Positions 26,501 through 32,000 of a stretch of DNA of 32,000 bases are shown here, piece after piece. Under the pieces are notes generated by a model. The model did no database searches and was not told the DNA's origin. It saw nothing but the letters and a program-made list of their open reading frames with translations. Numbering within the stretch: position 1 is the stretch's first letter; the number at the start of each line of letters is the position of its first letter. Both the position numbers and the translations under genes were made by a program. Source of the DNA: Geotalea uraniireducens Rf4 (GTDB taxonomy: Bacteria; Desulfobacterota; Desulfuromonadia; Geobacterales; Geobacteraceae); contig NC_009483.1 in the NCBI RefSeq assembly GCF_000016745.1, positions 2,100,001 to 2,132,000 of the forward strand. Reading direction: 5' to 3'.

Positions 26501-28430
26501 AGGTAATGGTCACGCTCCCCCAGACCGGAGATGCAAAAGCTGTTGGCGCACCATTGCCGTTTGCTCCCTGCACATTGCTGTGGCAGTAGATGCCGGAGCA
26601 GGTGGCAGCAGATACGGTCCATGTGCCGCCTGTAGTGAGCGTACCTCCGAACCGTACATCCTTGACGCCATTGGCATGGGTGTTGAAATCCTTGATGGCG
26701 TTGTTGCTGCTGACCGTCCCGTTGTGACAGACAGTGCAGCCGATGGAATCGGCGAGATGCTTGCCGTGGGAATTGGTGGCAAGCGTCGTAGCATCGCCGT
26801 GACACTGCCGGCATTCATCCGGCTGGCCGACTATTGCCCCCCTGCCGTTCGCCCAGCCGGGGATCGTCTTTGTCGTCAGCACCGGCACAAGAGACGCATT
26901 GCGCGGCGCGCCATCGCTGTGACAATAGACGTTTGAACAGGTCGGCGCAGTGGCTGGCGTTCCGTTGAAGGTGGGAGTGGCGCCGAAGGAGGAAGCGATC
27001 CTGCCTGTAGTGTCGATAAATACATCCTGGAAGGTGCCGGCCTGGTGGGTATTACCCTGGTGGCAGTCAACACACTGCTTGCTGTAAACGATCCCGCCGG
27101 AATGGGTGATGTGGGCGCTGGAGGATTCATTGGTGAAGGGTGACGGAGTGCCGTTGAATACCGCATACCCATTCGGACCGCCTGCACTATTGCCGTGGGG
27201 CGGATAACCATGGCAGGTGTTGCATGCGCCGATGGCTGTGAAAGAGCCTTTGGTATTGCCGTGGAAGTGGCAAGCGTTGCAGGTCGTCGTGTCGAGCCTA
27301 GCGTGTTCGTCAGGATAACCTGAGCCGACCGGAACGTCGTGGCATGATTGGCAGACGCCGTTGCCGGAAGCATCCTTGTAGTTCTTGACCGTAGTCGACT
27401 GGAAGTAGACCGGCTTGTTTTTTGCGGAGCGCAGGACAGTCGAGACGTTCATGTAACGCCTGACCAGCCAGACGTTCGGGATTCTTTGCTGTGCTGTTAC
27501 GGCATTGGGGTCGAAATCCACGTGGCCGCCGTGGCAGTCGGCACACTGGATGTTCTGGTTTCTGCCGTTATGGGCCACCTTGCCGGCATGGCAGTTGGTG
27601 CAAATGTTGAGATCGTCGGCATTTGCGCCGTGCAGATCGGTTCTGAGCAGGCTGCCGTCCGACGGTTTGAGTGCGTTGAAGCCGGAATTGTTGTCAAAGG
27701 TGGCGCTGCTGGAGTCGCTGTAATGGACACCGTGGCAGGTGCTGCAAACGAGGGAGCCGCCTGTGCGGGTCAGTCTTGCATTCAGGTCGGAGGTCGGGTT
27801 TGTCGTGTTGGCATTCACCGGCGGGTTGTTGAATTGTGCCGGGTTTGTTTTGACCTTGGAGGTTGCGCCCGTATAGTTGAAGTTTACCGGGTGGGTGCCG
27901 GTCGTATGGCTTTGCTGGTTTCGGCTCCTGTGGCAGTCGAGGCACATCTGGTCCCGGTCGTTCGCCATGCGCAGGAAAGGCTTGTTGGTGTTGTCATGCT
28001 GGTTGTGACAGCGGACGCAGGCCAGGCTGCCGCCGGTCCTGGCACGCAGCTTGTTTCCCGTGCCGGTCGAGGTCATGGCGGCGAATTGAGGGGGCTGCGC
28101 GCCCGCCTCATCGACCTCGTCCGGTCCGTTCCAGTTGTGGGATGTCTGGTAGAGCGTGCCTGTGCGGGTTGCCGTGTAAGTGTTGAACGGATTGGCGAAA
28201 TCTGCCGGGGTAAAGGGTTTGTTTCCGGCCTTCGGCACCCCCGGACGGTGGCAGTTGAGGCAGACGTTGTTATAGCCGGTGCTCCCCAGGTCCAGATGTA
28301 AGGTATGGCAGCTTGCGCAGCTATAGCCGTTGGCCGTGTCATGGGGCGAATCGACTGTTACCGCTGTTGCCAGGGACGGGAACAAGCAGAGGATGCCGAT
28401 CACAAGGCTTTTAATATGCAATCTGTTCAT
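23595..28430 (-). CDS. giant secreted multiheme c-type cytochrome (~1611 aa, ~41 heme-attachment motifs)
   Basis: My hand count gives 32 CXXCH, 7 CX4CH (CSNVYCH, CSGIYCH, CSNSYCH, CSATYCH, CINTYCH, CSTVSCH, CVTTGCH) and 2 CX3CH (CTTVCH, CTGTCH). The N-terminal part has paired-CXXCH spacing. The centre repeats a CX4CH...CXXCH...CXXCH module, the Geobacter 'CxxxxCH...CXXCH' repeat as I recall it. I prefer ATG 28430 (MNRLHIKSLVIGILCLFPSLATA|VTV, a Sec signal, with GGAG 6 nt upstream). The maximal ORF extends to 28475. Confidence 0.93.
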   Translation of the reverse strand: MNRLHIKSLVIGILCLFPSLATAVTVDSPHDTANGYSCASCHTLHLDLGSTGYNNVCLNCHRPGVPKAGNKPFTPADFANPFNTYTATRTGTLYQTSHNWNGPDEVDEAGAQPPQFAAMTSTGTGNKLRARTGGSLACVRCHNQHDNTNKPFLRMANDRDQMCLDCHRSRNQQSHTTGTHPVNFNYTGATSKVKTNPAQFNNPPVNANTTNPTSDLNARLTRTGGSLVCSTCHGVHYSDSSSATFDNNSGFNALKPSDGSLLRTDLHGANADDLNICTNCHAGKVAHNGRNQNIQCADCHGGHVDFDPNAVTAQQRIPNVWLVRRYMNVSTVLRSAKNKPVYFQSTTVKNYKDASGNGVCQSCHDVPVGSGYPDEHARLDTTTCNACHFHGNTKGSFTAIGACNTCHGYPPHGNSAGGPNGYAVFNGTPSPFTNESSSAHITHSGGIVYSKQCVDCHQGNTHQAGTFQDVFIDTTGRIASSFGATPTFNGTPATAPTCSNVYCHSDGAPRNASLVPVLTTKTIPGWANGRGAIVGQPDECRQCHGDATTLATNSHGKHLADSIGCTVCHNGTVSSNNAIKDFNTHANGVKDVRFGGTLTTGGTWTVSAATCSGIYCHSNVQGANGNGAPTAFASPVWGSVTITCGSCHVDMSSSASATGSHIKHAQATGIACSICHNGAGAGTALHANGVIENSFSGPSATGTIYSQANLPAGNGYGSCSNSYCHSNVQGTNGIGAPTQNGTPTWGGLFPCGSCHVKMDTDVSAPGSHVAHANTTGSGNGRLPCSTCHSGAGSGTTNHANQVINLAFTGSAVNTVYSLGNNVAPGSGYGSCSATYCHGSAAPTWGGAHLVCNSCHGASNNGDLSAGATGHAIHYNSAAVFSSITGSNAHTSSAYAYGCKNCHPTNSHANGPATANRAAEVGGLKITAYTEAGTPATDPKGMKYTTAGTCTTVCHTDGNGGAPKVAVNWGTAQVGGSNCGVCHNKQGDASPTWSAPHTKHVNTYTFTCRNCHFGTASDNATINGASGKNQHPNGVKDVAFSYNAILRTTWSSTGTQCINTYCHSDGAVFATPTHGTLSWTTPPSINCGSCHGGGTASGSPTAVSKANSHAKHTGNNINSCYQCHNSVVNNAGAIINPTLHVNQAYNIQQSGGSVTFTLARQGTDTTATQCSTVSCHGGGGSPTTVTWGTTLNCQDCHGDTADFDVFTIPFTNVTSTPFNTSSPVAKINMTEWTTTGHGKTSGTYASGNGAAALVVVNACEYCHDPAISHNAAANPFRLRGNTGGTGWGLNDACMNCHKTDAVGVTVTIGGALKTSGKKVGAVHNGTSHSFGFKSGGLFCWDCHDGHGDTNAYMIHKKVVKNSSVFDPSTGYLPTAGVPTEFAAPKDPVFTLSSNPPIGGDYVKADFTGICQVCHGSGVSHYNINSYDTTHNINTRCTICHTHDGDAPTTNNKAFSFTRHSYPAYYGHKTDSGASPFPSCVTTGCHSNTKTTGYPVTSGNPPDCQGCHTKAAPGIGCGSCHGGADGRPTGTVFPDIQNGHSRSDHQVTCATCHGTAGSPQDAHGPGNRVTHTDADVIINFSGDGAGMNFTRLGNGSGSCTGTCHSKNHSSDSW

Positions 28431-28496
28431 GTTGCGCTCCTGAAAAAGCAAAAAAATCATTGTGTTGCCCGGCACTCGATGAGTCGGTTGCTCATC

Positions 28497-29003
28497 TTAA
28501 ATAATCGACATGGTAAAGGATGCTGTTAATCCTGTTATATCTGCGCCGTTGAGATCTTTGGTCTTAAACGTTGCCTGATTAATGCTGAAATCCGTTGCCG
28601 ATGGAACGCTTCCGGTTATGTTGCAGGTAACGGTGGCAAATTCTCCAGGATCGAAACCTGCTGCTACGACCATTTTTATAGTCAAGGTGGCCTGGCTTCC
28701 GGTTGTTGCCGGTGTGAATATGGAATCAATGATTGGAACAACAGTACCGGTGGCGGTTTGTCCGGAAGGAGAGATAACCCCGGAAAGAACTTTGCCCGTC
28801 GCGTCGGTCGGAACCGTTACCCCTGAGGGCAGAGTTATGGTTATGTTGTCGATTGCACCGATCTTTCCTGTTGCCAAGGTTCCCTGGGTGCTTAATTTTA
28901 GTACCGCGTGCCTGGTCGTCGGCTCGGGGGTTCCGCTGCCACAAGCGGATAACAGAAGGAAGGAGGCTGATAAAAGAGTGAAAAAAAATAAAATGATTCG
29001 CAT
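28497..29003 (-). CDS. hypothetical lipoprotein (168 aa), all-beta-looking
   Basis: The signal peptide ends in lipobox LSAC. The mature ~147 aa is rich in T/G/S/V with alternating hydrophobic residues. It lies 37 nt downstream of the NHL gene and 66 nt upstream of the cytochrome start, on the same strand. Confidence 0.75.
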   Translation of the reverse strand: MRIILFFFTLLSASFLLLSACGSGTPEPTTRHAVLKLSTQGTLATGKIGAIDNITITLPSGVTVPTDATGKVLSGVISPSGQTATGTVVPIIDSIFTPATTGSQATLTIKMVVAAGFDPGEFATVTCNITGSVPSATDFSINQATFKTKDLNGADITGLTASFTMSII

Positions 29004-29040
29004 GGTACCCTCTTTGTTTTATTAAGACTAAGCGCAATGA

Positions 29041-31761
29041 TTAGAAGTTGGTTAAACCCACAACCTTCCTCAGAATGACCAGAACATCACCTGTATCGAT
29101 CTTCCCATCCGGTGTCGGCACGCCGCTTATTAACGGAGCGACATCGCCGCGCAACAGTTCATCGCTGGTTGCCACGTCAAATCCCATGGCTATGCGCATC
29201 GCCTTGAGCGCATCAACGAGGTCGGGTTTACCGCTGCTGCTGTTGATGTCGCCGTTCCGTGTGTTGTTGCCTGCGGCATCGGTTGCGCTGATGTTAAGCG
29301 GTGCTGCTTCGCTGCCGGTCAGGGTTACGCTCCATGAGCCGCTATTGTCGATGGTGGCAGTGGCGACCACGGTGCCGTTTTTGTCTTTTACCGTCAACAC
29401 CGATCCCGTGTCGCCGCTTCCGGTTATGAGCGTCGGTGTCTGAGTTGTGACCACCAGGTTCGGCGGGGTAATCTTGTAAAAGAGGGTGCGGAAGGTCGTA
29501 GTGGAATTGCCGAGCGCATCCACGGCGGTAATAGCCAAGGTGTACTTATCTTCGGTTGATAAGTTCGGAGTTATGCCGAAGTCGCTTCCCTGCGGCTGGA
29601 AGTCGACCGGGATACTGACACCGTCGATGGAGGCCGATACGCTCTCAGCGACGGTAGTGCCGGTTACAGGGAAGTTCGGGTCGTTGGTCATGCGGTCCTG
29701 TGGCGGTGAGGTCACCGCCAGTGGCGGTTTTGTCAGGTCATTGAGGAACACGGTGCTCTTTGCGCCGGCTGTTTTGCCGGTCAGGTTGTCGGTGGTTGCC
29801 GCCTCGATGGTATAAATGCCGACCAACTGGTTAAGGCTGACCGTTGTGGACCAGGTAGTGCTGTTGAGAGAAGCTTGTGCAATTCCGTTAACTTTTACCA
29901 CTGTCGTGCTGTTGGCAGGTGCCGTGCCGCTTACCGTCACGGTAGAAGTATTGATGTTGGCCCCGTCCGTCGGCGCGGTTATGGTCACGGCCGGACTTGC
30001 CGGATCGTAGGTGATGGTTCTCGCGTCGGTTGTCGTATTGCCGAGCGGGTCTGAAGCGATGACGGTTATGGTGTTTGAGCCTCCGCTGAGAAGCAGGGCG
30101 GTGCTGAACACTCCATCCACCGTATTTGCCGTCTGGCCGTTAACCTTGACAGTGGAGACGGCAGGATCGGTCAGGCCGGTGACATTGAGTATCGATGAAC
30201 TGGTCGTGCTGTTGGAGCTTATGGTTGAAACCGTCAGGGACGGAGGTGTGGTGTTCATGGTTATAATTACGCTCGCGACGGCGCTGTCGCTTCCCGCTTT
30301 GGAGGCGGTTACCGTAATCAGGGTATCTCCTGCAATCAGACCGGTAATGGTACTGCTCCAGGTGGTAGGCGTCGGATTTGAAACCGGACCGGGTGTTGCC
30401 GCGGTATTACTGGTTATCGCGATGGTTGCCCCCGCATCCATGGTGCCGGTGATGGTCTGGGTAGGGCTGTTGGTCGGTGTTGTCACCGGGTTTATGGCCA
30501 GCGTTGTCGCCAAGGGGTTGAAGGTGACGGAGACTTTCTTTTGACTGGTATTGGCAGCCCGGTCTGTGGCCGTGACCGTGATTTCGTTTGCTCCGTTGAC
30601 CAGGCCGGAAATGGTGCTGCTCCAGGTTGTAGGCGTCGACAGGACGACCGGTGCGGCTGTGGCGGCTGTATTGGTCGTAATGGTAACGACCGCCTCCGCT
30701 TCCACCGTTCCGCTGATGGTTACGCTGCTTGAGCTGGTGATTGTCGGCGGGGGGGCTACGAAAAGCGTCGGTGGTGTTGTGTCGGCGATTGGAGTGGTTC
30801 CGCCGTTGATGCCGTAAACTGTCAGGTTGCCGAACCCATTGACGACCAGCAGTCGGTTGCCGAGGGAATCGAATAAGACGTCCGACGGAACGACAAGCTT
30901 GCCGTTCGCAGTGCCATAGTTGCCTATGAATCCAAGCTGTGTGCCTGTACCGGCTGGATCGAGTACCTGGACATTGCTTTGGAAGGAATCCACAACGTAC
31001 ATCCTCATTAGTACGGGAGAGGTATCCTTGCTGTATTCGAAGGCTACAGCCTGCGGCGAAGTAAACTTAAGCGGGCCGGAACCGGAGGAGCCTATCGATT
31101 TCAGAAAAGTGCCGGCAGTATTGAAGAATTGAACCCGGCCGTTAAGGGTATCCACCACTGCCAGTTGTTTGGAGCTCTTCTCAAAGGTTATGCCGGTCGG
31201 TATGGAGAACTGTCCCGGAAGTTTTCCCGTGGTGCCGAAACTATTGGCAGGCTTGCCGGTGGCGGCATTACCGGTGGTTACCGTGGTGCCGGCAGCATTG
31301 AATACCTGAATGCAATTGTCGAGGCTGTCCACCACATAAATGAAGCCTGCGGCATCCAGAGCGATGCCGTTGGCCATTTTGAACTGCCCGGCGCCTTTAC
31401 CCAGCTTGAACTTTTCCTTGCCTGTATTGTCCAGTACGGAGACAAAAGTCCCCTGGCCGACAATCAGGTCGCCTCCTTGGGTCACGGCAATTCCCTGGGG
31501 TGTTTTTACCGGGAGGGTGGCGATCAGACTGCCGGAACTGTTGTATTTAAGGATTCCGCCCCCTCTCGGGTCGGTCAGGTAGAAATTGCCGAACTGGTCG
31601 GTGGCGATTTTGATTGGAGCGCTGATTCCCGTCTTTATCGGCGGATCTATGACTTTAACCAGCGGCGCTGTTGCGCTGAATGCCATTTTGACAGGTAAGA
31701 TACACGTGAGCGCAGACAAGATGACGCCCAGAGTTATGAGTTTTCTTGAGACAGCTGTCAT
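29041..31761 (-). CDS. secreted NHL-repeat beta-propeller protein with six Ig-like domains and a C-terminal dockerin-like module
   Basis: I prefer ATG 31761 (AGGAGG 9 nt upstream; signal MTAVSRKLITLGVILSALTCILPVKMAFSA). NHL-like blades span about aa 55-335 of the long ORF (P.GIA.D..G..YV.D...N.IQVF pattern: GNFYLTDPRGGGILKY, GFIYVVDSLDNCIQVFN, QLAVVDTLNGRVQFFN, MYVVDSFQSNVQVLD, RLLVVNGFGNLTVYG). Six ~85-aa Ig-like modules span about aa 345-852 (PP.L.V......T....V.ISGT......V.V). The tail reads GDINSSSGKPDLVDALKAMRIAMG...GDVAPLISGVPTPDGKIDTGDVLVILRKVVGL. Confidence 0.88.
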   Translation of the reverse strand: MTAVSRKLITLGVILSALTCILPVKMAFSATAPLVKVIDPPIKTGISAPIKIATDQFGNFYLTDPRGGGILKYNSSGSLIATLPVKTPQGIAVTQGGDLIVGQGTFVSVLDNTGKEKFKLGKGAGQFKMANGIALDAAGFIYVVDSLDNCIQVFNAAGTTVTTGNAATGKPANSFGTTGKLPGQFSIPTGITFEKSSKQLAVVDTLNGRVQFFNTAGTFLKSIGSSGSGPLKFTSPQAVAFEYSKDTSPVLMRMYVVDSFQSNVQVLDPAGTGTQLGFIGNYGTANGKLVVPSDVLFDSLGNRLLVVNGFGNLTVYGINGGTTPIADTTPPTLFVAPPPTITSSSSVTISGTVEAEAVVTITTNTAATAAPVVLSTPTTWSSTISGLVNGANEITVTATDRAANTSQKKVSVTFNPLATTLAINPVTTPTNSPTQTITGTMDAGATIAITSNTAATPGPVSNPTPTTWSSTITGLIAGDTLITVTASKAGSDSAVASVIITMNTTPPSLTVSTISSNSTTSSSILNVTGLTDPAVSTVKVNGQTANTVDGVFSTALLLSGGSNTITVIASDPLGNTTTDARTITYDPASPAVTITAPTDGANINTSTVTVSGTAPANSTTVVKVNGIAQASLNSTTWSTTVSLNQLVGIYTIEAATTDNLTGKTAGAKSTVFLNDLTKPPLAVTSPPQDRMTNDPNFPVTGTTVAESVSASIDGVSIPVDFQPQGSDFGITPNLSTEDKYTLAITAVDALGNSTTTFRTLFYKITPPNLVVTTQTPTLITGSGDTGSVLTVKDKNGTVVATATIDNSGSWSVTLTGSEAAPLNISATDAAGNNTRNGDINSSSGKPDLVDALKAMRIAMGFDVATSDELLRGDVAPLISGVPTPDGKIDTGDVLVILRKVVGLTNF

Positions 31762-31879
31762 AATGCAACGCCTCCTGGCTTTTCTTTGTAGCACGTCGAT
31801 CCGTAGGGGTAGACACATTCCATTGCAAACAAGGTTCGAGAATCTATGTTTGCGCTAATACGCATGCAGTCATGCATTG

Positions 31880-32000
31880 CTACCAGTTTTTGGTTCCATG
31901 GCAAACGCCGATCGAGAAACCTGATGGAAGTTGACCCGGAGAGCAGGTTGCGGTTGCGCCGTTTTTGGTGTAATTGACCGGACCCCTGATGGTCAGCTGC
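31880..32000 (-). CDS. 3' end of an upstream minus-strand ORF (partial), possibly another heme protein
   Basis: The minus-strand frame is open from the window edge: QLTIRGPVNYTKNGATATCSPGQLPSGFSIGVCHGTKNW*, with the stop at 31880-31882. It contains one CH dipeptide preceded by a Cys 13 residues earlier, and it ends in W like the giant cytochrome. The evidence is very limited. Confidence 0.3.
   Translation of the reverse strand, partial: QLTIRGPVNYTKNGATATCSPGQLPSGFSIGVCHGTKNW

Noticed and set aside
27348-28301. A 317-aa + strand ORF, plus many other 60-150-aa ORFs on both strands between 23600 and 28500, antisense to or overlapping the cytochrome gene
   Set aside because: They lie entirely inside a gene with overwhelming coding evidence (41 heme motifs in frame). 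They have Ala/Gly/Arg/Val-rich low-complexity translations, which is typical of antisense frames in GC-rich, Gly/Cys/Thr-codon-rich DNA. They lack RBS and recognisable motifs.
4144-28475. Both giant ORFs (4144-9024 on + and 23595-28475 on -) are exactly 4881 nt / 1626 aa in the ORF track
   Set aside because: The two proteins share no sequence similarity. One is a Cys-poor adhesin-like protein and the other is a heme-motif-rich cytochrome. The cytochrome's likely true start (28430) makes it 1611 aa, so the equal length is coincidental.
1-32000. I looked for CRISPR arrays, tRNA/rRNA genes, transposases, integrases, phage genes and toxin-antitoxin pairs
   Set aside because: I found no regularly spaced direct repeats, no cloverleaf-like or rRNA-like conserved stretches in the intergenic regions, and no ORF with DDE, tyrosine-recombinase or phage signatures. 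The only mobile-element-like feature is the 165-bp palindromic element, reported separately.

Overview
The window looks like a chromosomal segment from a Geobacter-like (Desulfuromonadota) bacterium. That placement is inferred from gene content, and no database search was possible. A conserved housekeeping core runs on the + strand: the tail of the type IV pilus pilO/pilP/pilQ cluster, then aroC-aroK-aroB, a TPR protein, a Roadblock/LC7 protein, aroQ, an M24 aminopeptidase, accB-accC-gcvH, mqnA, a phosphohexomutase and nifU-nifS. A NUDIX hydrolase and a small Cys-rich protein lie on the - strand.

Two accessory blocks stand out.

(1) About 5.9 kb (3480-9465) sits between pilQ and aroC. It encodes an AT-rich small lipoprotein and a 1626-aa giant lipoprotein. 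The giant protein has propeller-like repeats, five choice-of-anchor-D/ASH-like domains, two 'putative Ig' domains and a C-terminal CFIATAAYG sorting-like membrane anchor. A DsbC-N-terminal-domain-only lipoprotein follows it.

(2) A - strand operon (31761-23595) encodes three proteins. The first is a secreted NHL-propeller/six-Ig-like-domain protein with a dockerin-like tail. The second is a 168-aa lipoprotein. The third is a ~1611-aa multiheme c-type cytochrome with about 41 heme-attachment motifs by hand count (32 CXXCH, 7 CX4CH, 2 CX3CH), including roughly seven ~110-aa CX4CH...CXXCH...CXXCH modules. I rate this operon the best candidate for an undescribed outer-surface electron-transfer system, and the giant dual-anchored lipoprotein beside the pilus secretin second.

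I also see three clean intrinsic terminators, a near-consensus sigma70 promoter for nifUS overlapped by three CTTTGCG heptamers, and a ~165-bp imperfect palindromic element directly after the phosphohexomutase stop. I found no rRNA, tRNA, CRISPR array, transposase or integrase. All family names come from motif recognition by eye and need HMM or BLAST confirmation.
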